Shown here: in pieces, positions 9,311 to 18,767 of the stretch
Position numbering within the stretch: the stretch's first letter is position 1
Layout: each line of letters begins with the position of its first letter
Virus record (IMG/VR): IMGVR_UViG_3300009602_000008
Span: 1 to 30,928 of that record
Strand: one strand, 5' to 3'
Source: a virus
Taxonomy: Duplodnaviria; Caudoviricetes
DNA: 30,928 bases
Position numbers and translations under genes: made by a program
The notes under the pieces: model-generated
Databases searched by the model: none
Seen by the model: the letters and a program-made list of their open reading frames with translations, nothing else
Told to the model about the DNA's origin: nothing

Positions 9311-10189
9311 TTAGGAAGGTTGGACCCAACGGACTTTAAAAACCCCGTCCTTAGCTGAATCATACAGCATTTTGACTGTTACCTCTGCCGCACTGTATGC
9401 ATTTCGGGCGAAATTTAAAGGCATACCGACTGCTTTACAATTGTATGCGTCAATTTCCAGCATTTCACCGTCACCTTTCTTTTGGGCCATAATACAGGCT
9501 CCGAAATTAGGGAATGATTGATTGGCTTGTGATCCAATTGTAACATCCATAGAACTCGTGTTAATGGGCTTGACATAAAATTCCGCGGAATCGCCAGTTG
9601 TAAATGCTGGAGTTCCCACTTTCGTGAAAGTAAGTCCGAAGGTTGCGTCAATGGCGGTCGACGCAGAAACATCAAGCCCAGCCGCTACTTTAAGGGAGTC
9701 TGTTAAATAATCGCCGTCAGTGCCTCGACCTATATCACCGTCAGAAGATAAATAAAGATCGAATGTTTGTGCCGCAGTTGCGATAATAATATATTTACCA
9801 AACTTTAAATCTGCTTCATCACCTGAGGTGGCCGTAACCGCAGAAATACCATTAGCCGCAGAGATCACGGAAGTTCCTTTAACATTGGCAGCCGTTGAGA
9901 CTGATCCACTTGCTTCCGCAGCGCTCGTTGTAGGAGCATTTCCTAAGAATAAGGTAAAAACAAAATCAGGATATTCCGAGAAGCTTAGCGACATTTCTGC
10001 GGTGATCGATCCGTCTGCGGATTCCCATGGGAATTTATTTGATCCACCGAGTAAATCAATAGTCTCTCCACTGAGTGCTAAACTAGAATTTTCCAAAACT
10101 CTTAGTTCCCCATAAAAAGAACCATCGGTCCTACTATAGGGGCTTACTGAGTGAATTCCGAACAATGTGCGTGGGGCCGAAAGTGCCAT
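9311..10189 (-). CDS. Major tail (tube) protein
   Basis: 292 aa, S/T/A/G-rich; strong SD AAGGAG; sits between the head-tail joining genes and the chaperone; no sheath gene is present. Confidence 0.8.
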   Translation of the reverse strand: MALSAPRTLFGIHSVSPYSRTDGSFYGELRVLENSSLALSGETIDLLGGSNKFPWESADGSITAEMSLSFSEYPDFVFTLFLGNAPTTSAAEASGSVSTAANVKGTSVISAANGISAVTATSGDEADLKFGKYIIIATAAQTFDLYLSSDGDIGRGTDGDYLTDSLKVAAGLDVSASTAIDATFGLTFTKVGTPAFTTGDSAEFYVKPINTSSMDVTIGSQANQSFPNFGACIMAQKKGDGEMLEIDAYNCKAVGMPLNFARNAYSAAEVTVKMLYDSAKDGVFKVRWVQPS

Positions 10190-10209
10190 TTTTATTCTCC
10201 TTTTTAAAA

Positions 10210-10683
10210 TTAACCTATTGAACTTTTAATTTGAATTCCTGTGGCCCTAAATTCCATTGATTCGTTTAGAGTCGTTAATGGAACAGGAGCTAAAACATTT
10301 ATTGATATAAAATTACTATTACTTTTAATGCTAAAATTTTCTGAAAATATTTCTTTTAAAACCCTGGCATACCTAAACATTCTGGTCGAAATATCTGAAT
10401 AACCAGATTGATCGGCCAAAACTATTATGACATTTATTAAAAACTCTTGAGGGACGTTAGGTCCAAACCCTGTCCCATCTATGTCTTCACAAGAATAAAA
10501 TATGAAAGGATTATAATTAATGCTTTCGTGATCGAGATCCTGCATAAAATAGGCGGCACTATCAACAGTCAAAAGGGTCACCGTGTCTGATTTTTCGGTA
10601 TTAATTTCAGCGATCTTATTATTTAAATGAGTTGTCATTATTGTTTTAACGTCACTCATAAGCGATTCTAAATCATAGGCCAT
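10210..10683 (-). CDS. Putative tail terminator / completion protein
   Basis: 157-aa acidic protein immediately upstream of the major tail gene; positional call. Confidence 0.6.
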   Translation of the reverse strand: MAYDLESLMSDVKTIMTTHLNNKIAEINTEKSDTVTLLTVDSAAYFMQDLDHESINYNPFIFYSCEDIDGTGFGPNVPQEFLINVIIVLADQSGYSDISTRMFRYARVLKEIFSENFSIKSNSNFISINVLAPVPLTTLNESMEFRATGIQIKSSIG

Positions 10684-10687
10684 TACA

Positions 10688-11299
10688 TTACCCTTTTTTA
10701 TCTAAAGATCGTTTTACATATTTATCTAAAGTCTGAATCCAAAGTTTTAATCTCCTTTGAATATGGATAGATTTAGCCCATGCGCCTTTTTCGGTTCCTA
10801 TAACCATAAAAGGTCTTGCAGGCATTTTTCTAGTCCCTTCATTTAGATAAGTAGGATAAGGGGCACCCTTTTTACTCGTCACTTTAGTTCCTAATAAAAG
10901 AACCTTTTTATTCAATATTGTCGCTATAGTTTTTTGATCATATGGATTAGTTAAAGACTTTTCCAAATCTCCTGAAGCTTTTAATATGGGATAAACGAAG
11001 CCCCATTTCATTTTCTTATATTGTCTATACCCACCGGAAAAATAATTACTCTTAGGAGGTCTTGCCCATGTTGATTTCTCTTTGTCAGTTAACCAATAAG
11101 CCCTAAAAGGTCTTTTTGAAAGTTCCTTAAATGGACCCTTATTGTTAAGGGAAAATAAAATTTTATTAACTTTATACCAGGACTGAGCAATTAAATTTAA
11201 AGGGACAGTTAAATCATCAACTTTTTTCCCGGCCCTTATTAAAGCTTTCTTAAATTTATCGCCAGGATCAACGACGATACCTTTATTTTTATCTACCAT
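10688..11299 (-). CDS. Virion morphogenesis protein (Mu gpG / HK97 gp10-like)
   Basis: Basic protein with IL..SG.L..SL and Y...LNEGTRKMPARPF motifs. Confidence 0.8.
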   Translation of the reverse strand: MVDKNKGIVVDPGDKFKKALIRAGKKVDDLTVPLNLIAQSWYKVNKILFSLNNKGPFKELSKRPFRAYWLTDKEKSTWARPPKSNYFSGGYRQYKKMKWGFVYPILKASGDLEKSLTNPYDQKTIATILNKKVLLLGTKVTSKKGAPYPTYLNEGTRKMPARPFMVIGTEKGAWAKSIHIQRRLKLWIQTLDKYVKRSLDKKG

Positions 11300-11724
11300 T
11301 GATCAACATCTCTTTTAAAAATATGTTTTAAATCATCTGAGACAGCGAAAGAATTAACTCCATCACTTGCCCTACCTAAAGTTGCATCCGCAAGGAGTAA
11401 CCGACCTTCGGCTATTTCATCTAATTTCTTAAGCGCCATTCCTTGTAACCCTGAGCTACTATTTTGCTCAGTTTCTGGAATCCCAGTTTTAACCGCTAAA
11501 ATTCTTTTAACTCTGGCAGCTACTAATTGAACGCTAATTGTTTTAACAATTTTTAATGAATTGGTTCCAGTGATAGGCGTAGCATATTTACGGCCAACGA
11601 TCCCATCAATATAGGCATCTTCTTGGGCAATATACTCATCAACCTCGGCAGAGGTTGTTCCATTGCTTGAATAAGTTAAATTTTTAAATTCCGCCTGAAT
11701 GTCTGCATTCGTTGAATACGCCAT
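11293..11724 (-). CDS. Head-tail adaptor (Mu gp36 / DUF1320-like)
   Basis: MAYST..DI...; ID..V...Y..PI; ALK.L.EIA.G.L.L motifs. Confidence 0.75.
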   Translation of the reverse strand: MAYSTNADIQAEFKNLTYSSNGTTSAEVDEYIAQEDAYIDGIVGRKYATPITGTNSLKIVKTISVQLVAARVKRILAVKTGIPETEQNSSSGLQGMALKKLDEIAEGRLLLADATLGRASDGVNSFAVSDDLKHIFKRDVDQW

Positions 11725-11727
11725 TTT

Positions 11728-11928
11728 CTACACCTTTTTTCTAGGGCCTCTTTTCTTTTTTGGTTTTGCTATAATAGGTTTTGGGTCGACTGAAATTTCC
11801 TCTAAAATACCATCATCAATAAGCCGATGAATAAAATTACCGATCTTAAGGGCTTCGTCTGTATTAATTTCTTGCCCCTCAATTTTTCTTATAGAATTAC
11901 AGCCAAAATTTTTTAAAACTTTATACAT
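11728..11928 (-). CDS. Small basic protein after the capsid gene (66 aa)
   Basis: Start moved to ATG 11928 (MYKVLKNF), which has SD AGGGAG; the longer ORF-track version runs through a terminator. Confidence 0.7.
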   Translation of the reverse strand: MYKVLKNFGCNSIRKIEGQEINTDEALKIGNFIHRLIDDGILEEISVDPKPIIAKPKKKRGPRKKV

Positions 11929-11947
11929 TTTATCTCCCTTTAAAGTT

Positions 11948-11974
11948 AAAAAAAAGGGGGAGTGATCCCCCCTT
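11948..11974 (-). terminator. Rho-independent terminator after the major capsid gene
   Basis: Minus strand GGGGGA-TCAC-TCCCCC followed by T8, about 10 nt after the capsid stop. Confidence 0.8.
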
Positions 11975-11983
11975 CGTAACCTT

Positions 11984-12913
11984 TTAGGCAACAACATTCT
12001 TAATTAGATAAGCCGCCTTAACATTGCTAAGGAACATATCATAAGAATCTTCAACCAGGATCGCCGTTGATTCTGGAGGATTGTTCACAGCATACTTATA
12101 AACTTTTCTTGGAGCAGATTGTTGAATTCTATAACCAAGAGAAACTTGATAAGGAGCTGCATTATCTGGCACAACTGCAAAGATGGCATTTTTACCAAAT
12201 GCAGGAGATAAAGAACTCGTTTGCCCTTCAGCAGCCGATTCATACATAACTTCACTAATGATTAGTTTGCTAACACCGAAAGCAACGGCTAATTCATCAT
12301 GGCTTAAACCTCCACCTCTATTATATTTATAACCTAGAGCATCAAGGATCTTTCCAGAAAATCTGATCTGATTCCATACTTGCCAGGACATAATTAGGGC
12401 ATTAGGTGGTCGTCCACAACCGTCTTGGATGGTTGTTCTAGCCGTTGAAGCGTCGCCTAGAGGATCTGAGTTAGTATAATCATTCCATTGCGCCGTGCCA
12501 GAGAGGGTGGTATTCTGAGTAAGAGTCCCTGTGTTGCCCAGGGCGTCGCCTAGGGTCTTTTCCTTCTCGATCATTAATTGAGTGGTTAGCCCAATCACTT
12601 CATCTCGCATGGCGTCGTAGGGCGAATCCAAGTTTACCTTATCATCCTTCGTCACGAGCCCTTCGAGCCCATGCCCCTCTACAGTATAAGTGTCTTGACT
12701 TCGAGTTATAGCCTCAACTCTCCTATACTCACCTCGGCCACCGACATAATTTTGTTCGATTCTAAGATGGTTAGTTCCATATTTGGCCAATTTCCCAGAT
12801 TTTTGGGCGACCCTTACTTCAGGAAGTATTTGCTCACACGCATAACCTTCGGGGATATATGCAGACGAGGCTTGCGTGAGAAGCTTATCTACAATCGCTT
12901 TCATTTGAGACAT
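11984..12913 (-). CDS. Major capsid protein
   Basis: 309 aa; L.GTAQW.DY.NSDP..D.......I....G..PN..IM motif of lambda E / HK97-fold capsids; SD AAGGAG; follows the protease and decoration genes. Confidence 0.9.
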   Translation of the reverse strand: MSQMKAIVDKLLTQASSAYIPEGYACEQILPEVRVAQKSGKLAKYGTNHLRIEQNYVGGRGEYRRVEAITRSQDTYTVEGHGLEGLVTKDDKVNLDSPYDAMRDEVIGLTTQLMIEKEKTLGDALGNTGTLTQNTTLSGTAQWNDYTNSDPLGDASTARTTIQDGCGRPPNALIMSWQVWNQIRFSGKILDALGYKYNRGGGLSHDELAVAFGVSKLIISEVMYESAAEGQTSSLSPAFGKNAIFAVVPDNAAPYQVSLGYRIQQSAPRKVYKYAVNNPPESTAILVEDSYDMFLSNVKAAYLIKNVVA

Positions 12914-12961
12914 TTTTTTTACTCCTTATTAAAAATTTAAAATTTAAAAAACAAATTGTTA

Positions 12962-13348
12962 TTAAGCGTCCGTAGCATGAGCAGCGAATTGAGCCACTCT
13001 AACACCAATGACATCTCCATCAGCGGCACCAGCTTCGAAGGCGATCGCTCCTACCCATTCTCCTGCGGCGTCCGCAATTTCCCCTTTCCCTGTAGAGGTA
13101 GAAGTAAGAAGTTTCCCTTGGGCACAAGCTTCTCCGACTTCCAATTTTGCTCCGCCACCCGATAGGGCAACTTCGATAAGTTCGCCGCTACTAACTGAGG
13201 AATCATTTTGACTAATGCCGATAGCTCTTCCGTTAGCTCCAGATTCTGAAACCTCTCCGGCAGCGCTTAAAGTTACAAAACGAAATTTTCGAATTGTTCC
13301 TCCGGCTTTAAAGACTGTAATGTTTACTGGTTCTGTTGATGCAGCCAT
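12962..13348 (-). CDS. Capsid decoration / cement protein (DUF2190-like)
   Basis: 128 aa, Gly/Ala-rich, ending in A.E.G.ADGDVI.V; between the protease and capsid genes. Confidence 0.75.
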   Translation of the reverse strand: MAASTEPVNITVFKAGGTIRKFRFVTLSAAGEVSESGANGRAIGISQNDSSVSSGELIEVALSGGGAKLEVGEACAQGKLLTSTSTGKGEIADAAGEWVGAIAFEAGAADGDVIGVRVAQFAAHATDA

Positions 13349-13375
13349 AATTTTTTCTCCTTTTTATAAAATAAT

Positions 13376-13909
13376 TTAAGCAATTGAATTGTAATGTTTC
13401 ATTATTTCTTTATTATTTTTAAGCTCAATCCCTATAGCGGTATCAAGTTTAATTCCTTCTTCTTTTACTCTTTTTTCTGCAAGTTCAATTATTCTCTCTT
13501 CAAAATTTTCTTTAGAAAGAGGTGATTCAGGTGTTTTAGAGCTACCAGTTTCACTTAACTTAATTTCGTGCTGCAGGGATAAGAACTTATCCATATCACC
13601 ATCAATAAAAGGAGTTCTCTGCGCTTCAACAACAAGCCCCTCGGAAAGTTTTTGATCAAAGGCCTTATTCTTTTCGACTAATACTTTTTCTTTTTCCATT
13701 TCTGCTAACCTCTCTTCCTTTTCATTTTCACTCGCTTCAAGTTTACTTCTCATGGCAATTAATTCTTCATCTTTTTTTAATAGCTGGTCTTTTAGAGCCT
13801 CGATCTGGGCTTCTAAACTGTCATAGCCTTTAGTCTCATCTAAAGCTTCATCCATTTCCTGGAGCTCAACTTTTGTTTCCTCTTTTTCTTTTACCTCTCC
13901 ATCTTTCAT
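13376..13909 (-). CDS. Nested in-frame scaffolding protein (Mu gpZ-like), 177 aa
   Basis: GTGAGGTAACGAAA-ATG at 13909, right after the protease domain; the product is an E/K-rich coiled coil. Confidence 0.6.
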   Translation of the reverse strand: MKDGEVKEKEETKVELQEMDEALDETKGYDSLEAQIEALKDQLLKKDEELIAMRSKLEASENEKEERLAEMEKEKVLVEKNKAFDQKLSEGLVVEAQRTPFIDGDMDKFLSLQHEIKLSETGSSKTPESPLSKENFEERIIELAEKRVKEEGIKLDTAIGIELKNNKEIMKHYNSIA

Positions 13910-14659
13910 TTTCGTTACCTCACTTAATTGGTTAATATCTTTTTCACTTAATATAATTGGGGTCATCTCTTTTACGACTGGCCTATTTGTTAACCCTGCC
14001 CCGAAAAGAGTTGGTCCATGGCTATCTCTTTTTTCGTTGTCTTTATAATCGAAAGTAAAATCGGCGCTTATATATTTAAAAGACTTTTCCTCTAACCTTT
14101 TTTTCCCAATAGGAGTCCAATCTATTTCGGCCCATAATTGCTCACCACCCTCTGCCAAAATTAAATTCTTAATCCAGCCAGCCGCCTCGCCTTCAGAATT
14201 ATGAGAAAAATCAATCATTAGATCAATTCCTCTTACCTTCTCAGAAAAATTTTTAACCATATTAAAGAGGTCCGATGAAGAAATTTTGATATCTCGACCC
14301 TCATGAAAGAATTTACCCGACCTTAATAATTGGATCTTAGTAGGGATCTTTTCTTCGCTTAATAAAACTGGGATAGACCTATATTCACTCATTTTGCTCA
14401 CCTTTAGTTTTCCGTAAATTATTGTAACACCCTGTCCAGGGACTTTAAAAGATTTTAAAGAGCCATCAATGAAGTCTTCAGGATTCCTTTGCCTAAATCT
14501 AAAAGAGGTTTCTGTTTCATCGACTAAGTTATTTTTAATTGGAGATTTCGCCCCCGTTTTTATGGCCTTCTTCTTGGCTTCTTCTATTTTTAAACCTGGC
14601 GTTTTTTTAACTACAATTGATTGGATATTGCCAGGTCTGGGGTCCGTTATTGTGGGCAT
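13376..14659 (-). CDS. Mu gpI-like prohead protease with an N-terminal extra domain and a C-terminal scaffold
   Basis: IDFSH, EAAGWI, LWAEIDWT..G, FKYISADF and GAGLTNRP motifs. Best start is ATG 14659 (AAGGA, 8 nt upstream); an internal SD-ATG lies at 14392. Confidence 0.85.
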   Translation of the reverse strand: MPTITDPRPGNIQSIVVKKTPGLKIEEAKKKAIKTGAKSPIKNNLVDETETSFRFRQRNPEDFIDGSLKSFKVPGQGVTIIYGKLKVSKMSEYRSIPVLLSEEKIPTKIQLLRSGKFFHEGRDIKISSSDLFNMVKNFSEKVRGIDLMIDFSHNSEGEAAGWIKNLILAEGGEQLWAEIDWTPIGKKRLEEKSFKYISADFTFDYKDNEKRDSHGPTLFGAGLTNRPVVKEMTPIILSEKDINQLSEVTKMKDGEVKEKEETKVELQEMDEALDETKGYDSLEAQIEALKDQLLKKDEELIAMRSKLEASENEKEERLAEMEKEKVLVEKNKAFDQKLSEGLVVEAQRTPFIDGDMDKFLSLQHEIKLSETGSSKTPESPLSKENFEERIIELAEKRVKEEGIKLDTAIGIELKNNKEIMKHYNSIA

Positions 14660-15581
14660 TCTCATAGTCCTTAGTAAAACTTTTAACCTTTTCGGAAAAT
14701 TGAAGATACTTTTCATTATCCTTATCAATTTTTAATTTTTTTATCTTTCGACCTTTTAAATCTCCTATTAAAATAGGCAAAATTAATGAACGGCAATTCC
14801 AATGTAATGGTGGCGTAAATTTAAATCGATCAGGGTCACCTTTCGCAAAAATAGTTCCATTCAGTTCTTCACAGATTGGCGTCCTATTTACGATATAATT
14901 ATTAACGAACTCGAAGGCTTCAATCTCTTTTTCTACGGCTGGAGTCATAAAAAATGCGCTCCGAGTTTCCCCTATCGTCTGGTGAGCAGTCAACGGAGCT
15001 CCGGCTCTAACGGATGGTCCTTCTATAAAATCCAAAGCCGTGTCTTCCATATCCGCCCTAAGTAGGGCTAAACTGTCGGTTTGTTCCACGGTCGTACTAA
15101 ATTGAAAATAAATTGCCTTCTCTAAATCCGACAACTGAGTTTTAACTAAAAGTTCCTGTTGTAATTTAATTCGACGCCTAGTTTGAGGTGGCAATTTCCT
15201 CCACATCGTTTCGATTTTTTTATTTTTAACTGAGGCTCCTCTTAGCTTTTTAACCTTTTTGCTTTCGACACACCTTACTAAATCATAATCAAATTCACTT
15301 AAGTTAAACTTAGCTTTTGGAACTTCCTTTTTGGTGTGCCTTAAAGTCTCATAGGAAATTATGGTTAAAACATCTAATAGATCCCTCTTATAGGAGTTTA
15401 AGCCGGACGCAGTAATTCCTTTTACTGCGTCCAGCTTGGTTGATGGAGTTAAGCCTTTCTCCTTGGCCATTATTTTATTTATAAGAGAGTCCCCAATGGT
15501 TGCCAAATTACTTTGCATGACATCCAAGACGGCGGCTTCAGAATCCTTTAATAAACGGTCTAGCGCTCTCCTAATACCCAT
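14607..15581 (-). CDS. Minor head protein (Mu gpF / SPP1 gp7-like)
   Basis: RT.IC..LNG.IF and PPLHWNCRS motifs; coupled to the portal stop. Confidence 0.88.
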   Translation of the reverse strand: MGIRRALDRLLKDSEAAVLDVMQSNLATIGDSLINKIMAKEKGLTPSTKLDAVKGITASGLNSYKRDLLDVLTIISYETLRHTKKEVPKAKFNLSEFDYDLVRCVESKKVKKLRGASVKNKKIETMWRKLPPQTRRRIKLQQELLVKTQLSDLEKAIYFQFSTTVEQTDSLALLRADMEDTALDFIEGPSVRAGAPLTAHQTIGETRSAFFMTPAVEKEIEAFEFVNNYIVNRTPICEELNGTIFAKGDPDRFKFTPPLHWNCRSLILPILIGDLKGRKIKKLKIDKDNEKYLQFSEKVKSFTKDYENAHNNGPQTWQYPINCS

Positions 15582-16960
15582 TATAATCTCCGTCTAGCTT
15601 TTCTAACTCTATCAATTTTCTCTGATAAGCTTAAATCCCCCGAGGATGTAGGTTTAAGCCTACGCCCTTCTTCACTCATTTCAGTTATTCCAAGCCTTTT
15701 CCTTAAATGTTTTTCAAGGTTATCATCTGGCGTTATAATCTGGGCGCTCGTTAAGGTTCCTAAAATATCAGCCATCTCTTTCCCTGCTTTATCTGAAATA
15801 CCATTGAATTGAATAGTGGGATATTTATCCCTTGGTCCAAAATTCATTTTTACGAGGTCTGGAATAAGATTCTTATTTAATTGCTCTGCGATTTCTTTTG
15901 CAATAAATTCTAACCCTGTTAAAAAGAAGTCAGATAAATCATTAGATAAAGCGTAGGAACCCGTTCCGCCCATGCCTAACTCTAGGAAATTGGCCAAAAA
16001 AGCTTTTACCATTCTCTTATCTTCGTTCTCAATTGAGACTTCAACCTTTGAAGGGTCATAGGTATTGGTATTTAAATCAATATCAAAACCTTCGGGTTTA
16101 ATTAAATAATTAGATTGATGAGTGGTATATTTTTCTAAGGCCGTTATAAGTTTTGCATATTGGGTTGACGATTGTTTGCCTTGGGGAATTGTCGCTATTG
16201 GAGTTGGGACCGCAAATTTCTCAATGCCAATAGCATTAATTTTATTATAATTATTTTTACGCCACCAATTACCATAACAAGGCCTTAATAGGCTTATACC
16301 TTCATAATTTGACCCTTCTCTTTCTAAAGTAAAAAGGAGCAAATATTTTGCCGGGATAATTACATCCCGACCTAGGTCACCATATGCCAATTGTAATACG
16401 CTTTCTAAATCGCCTGTCTCATGATTTAAATTCCATCTGTCTATAGTTTTTGGGGATCGCCAAGATATGTTTCTAATACCTGTATAAGAATTTAGAATAG
16501 TGGTGCCTTCACTATCTTTTACCGGGCTATTAATAAAGTTTTTATGGGTTACTTCAAACATACTATAACCGAATTCGATCATAGTTAGGGCCTCACTTAA
16601 AAACCTTGGAAAAGGTGTGGCCATTGATTCAAATAATATTTTTTCTATTAGTCGGGCATCATTATGATAATAAAAATCATCCCCGGCCGGAATTATTTCA
16701 ATGTTTGAGGATTTAATAGGATTTTTAACGGCACTTAGGCACATTTTAACCTGAGGATCTGAGCGCCTCATTTTATCAAAAACATCCGCCCTCTCATTAT
16801 TTCTTAGGGCATCTAAATAATCTTCCTCAAAATATCCGCCAAAGATTTCAGTCCCAGTTGACCCCGTTGGGGTATGGTGAAAATCTGGGATCTCATTCGT
16901 TTGCTCTTTTTCAATTTTATCATCCGACCCTATACTTAATAACTTTCGCATAAAACCCAT
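15581..16960 (-). CDS. Portal protein (Mu gp29 / DUF935-like)
   Basis: 459 aa after the terminase; FGYS.FE, G.SLLR.CY..W..K, IEKFA.P.P, GSYALS and LIP.LV.MNFG motifs. Confidence 0.88.
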   Translation of the reverse strand: MGFMRKLLSIGSDDKIEKEQTNEIPDFHHTPTGSTGTEIFGGYFEEDYLDALRNNERADVFDKMRRSDPQVKMCLSAVKNPIKSSNIEIIPAGDDFYYHNDARLIEKILFESMATPFPRFLSEALTMIEFGYSMFEVTHKNFINSPVKDSEGTTILNSYTGIRNISWRSPKTIDRWNLNHETGDLESVLQLAYGDLGRDVIIPAKYLLLFTLEREGSNYEGISLLRPCYGNWWRKNNYNKINAIGIEKFAVPTPIATIPQGKQSSTQYAKLITALEKYTTHQSNYLIKPEGFDIDLNTNTYDPSKVEVSIENEDKRMVKAFLANFLELGMGGTGSYALSNDLSDFFLTGLEFIAKEIAEQLNKNLIPDLVKMNFGPRDKYPTIQFNGISDKAGKEMADILGTLTSAQIITPDDNLEKHLRKRLGITEMSEEGRRLKPTSSGDLSLSEKIDRVRKARRRL

Positions 16961-16963
16961 AAA

Positions 16964-18349
16964 TCACCATTCGTTTAAGTTTACATTAACAATGCTATTC
17001 GGAATAAAATCTTCTGTAAAATCATCGGCTCGATGGAGGGCTAAATAATTAAAAGCCCCAGAAAACGCATCAATTATATCATCATGCGAATCTTCGGGAA
17101 AGTTTTCTAATTCCGTATAAAACGGCTCTTTATTCCTACAGGCTTCAAGGATTTTAATATTACCAGCCTCAGCCTGAGCCGACACAGTTTTTGCCGCTGT
17201 CTCTTTATCTACATTTATTTTCTCGGTTACAATAGAGAACCCTGCCAACATTCTAATAAAACTTTCTATTTCGCCCTTACCTGCTCCGCCTGGATCTTGG
17301 AAACCTTTAACCGTGACTTCCTGTCCGTCCTGTTTTGCCGTGTTTAAAATTAGTTTTTCAATATTCAAAGCGGACATCCGTTCTCTTACGATATCTAAAA
17401 CATAAAATTGATTATTTCGATCAACCCCTAATTTTAACCCGACGGTATAATCTGGATCGCCCTTATCACCCTCGGTATGTGCCGTTGCCGCCCTGTCCCA
17501 ACATCTTACTATATTGGTAAGATAAGGAACGGCTTTAACAACTTCAAAATAATGCTTCTTAAAAAACATTCCGCCCGTTGGTTCAATATTCCAGTTCCCT
17601 TCTAATAATTGGAGTCTTTCAATTTTATTTAATGCCTGGAGGTTCGCTAAATAGGAAGGGTCGTTATCAACTAATATTTTATTGTCACTTAATTTGGCCG
17701 GAATAAAAGTAAAGCTCTTAGGTAGAGATCCTTTAAATCTTTTTTGAAGGTCTTGCTTATTACTACTCCAAATAATTTTATCTTCACTTCTTATAAAAAA
17801 CCGAATAACTCCGCTTCGCTCTTTTATTGGCATTCCATCTTTACCGATATACCAATCAACAAGGCCTCTAACCCATGATTTTTTTGAGGGGTTCGTGGTT
17901 GCCCTTATATAAGGATTCATTCCAGAGACTGACCTATTCCTTGATAACATATAAAAAAACTGTTTTTGCGTGAAGTGGGTAAGCTCATCAAAATAAATGA
18001 CAGGGATTTGCGCCCCCTGCCAATCTAAAACATTTTTTTCATATTCGAGATGAGAGAATTTCAATTTCCCACCAGATGGGAAAACCCAAGTTAAGACCGA
18101 TTCCTTAGGTCTTGCTCCCAAAAGCGAATAAATTTTTGCCGAAGTATCCCAGAGTCCACCTTCGTTCCTGACTTGGTTTGATGTTCTTCTAAAGCATACG
18201 CCGCCAATAGAATCGTGATTAAAATGACGAAGGAAATCAAGCAATAATGCATAAGTCTTTCCACCACCCGCAGCACCTCCATAAAAAACTATATCAGCCG
18301 TTGATTTTAAAAAATCTTCTTGAGGACCTTTTTGAGGTTCTATAATCAA
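16964..18349 (-). CDS. terL: Terminase large subunit
   Basis: PQ.GPQ, Walker A GGAAGGGKT, Walker B IYFDE, ATTNP, and nuclease residues WD.A and HDD.IDA. Confidence 0.95.
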   Translation of the reverse strand: MIIEPQKGPQEDFLKSTADIVFYGGAAGGGKTYALLLDFLRHFNHDSIGGVCFRRTSNQVRNEGGLWDTSAKIYSLLGARPKESVLTWVFPSGGKLKFSHLEYEKNVLDWQGAQIPVIYFDELTHFTQKQFFYMLSRNRSVSGMNPYIRATTNPSKKSWVRGLVDWYIGKDGMPIKERSGVIRFFIRSEDKIIWSSNKQDLQKRFKGSLPKSFTFIPAKLSDNKILVDNDPSYLANLQALNKIERLQLLEGNWNIEPTGGMFFKKHYFEVVKAVPYLTNIVRCWDRAATAHTEGDKGDPDYTVGLKLGVDRNNQFYVLDIVRERMSALNIEKLILNTAKQDGQEVTVKGFQDPGGAGKGEIESFIRMLAGFSIVTEKINVDKETAAKTVSAQAEAGNIKILEACRNKEPFYTELENFPEDSHDDIIDAFSGAFNYLALHRADDFTEDFIPNSIVNVNLNEW

Positions 18350-18350
18350 T

Positions 18351-18725
18351 CTACTTTCCGTCTTTTACCTCTCTGTCATTGGAAGGTATTTTAACAATTA
18401 CTTGAGGAGTATTAATTTCACCCTCATGTTTCACTTCTTGTTTGTCAGTCCAACCACAAATATTTTTAAGGCAAAAAATTAGCATGACCCTATCACCACC
18501 TAAGGCCATCATTATAGCTTTTTGTTGTAACTTAATTTTTGTCGTAGATAATTTCTCATCCCTATACTCTGAAAAACTCTTTTTATATTTCTCCTCTATC
18601 CTCCTCCTTAGGGTGTCTTGGGAGACGCCAAGAATATCGGCGCAGATTTTTTTTGTGGCCTTTAACTCAAGTAAAGTCTTTAACCGCTCCCATGTTTTTT
18701 CATCAAAATCTATTTTCTGGGTCAT
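18351..18725 (-). CDS. terS: Terminase small subunit
   Basis: HTH (KKICADILGVSQDTLRRRI) and A..GD...LIF.LKN..GW.DK motif; immediately upstream of terL. Confidence 0.85.
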   Translation of the reverse strand: MTQKIDFDEKTWERLKTLLELKATKKICADILGVSQDTLRRRIEEKYKKSFSEYRDEKLSTTKIKLQQKAIMMALGGDRVMLIFCLKNICGWTDKQEVKHEGEINTPQVIVKIPSNDREVKDGK

Positions 18726-18767
18726 GACTTGCCCCCTTAATTCCTTTTTGTTCTTTAATAGTGGCAG

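Noticed and set aside
9319-9331. CGTTGGGTCCAA shared between the end of the major tail gene (minus strand) and 27788-27799
   Set aside because: A single 12-mer match is expected by chance in 31 kb, and one copy is constrained by coding.
11293-16960. Transposable Mu-like phage
   Set aside because: Head genes are Mu-like, but no DDE transposase, MuB ATPase or host-DNA ends are visible.
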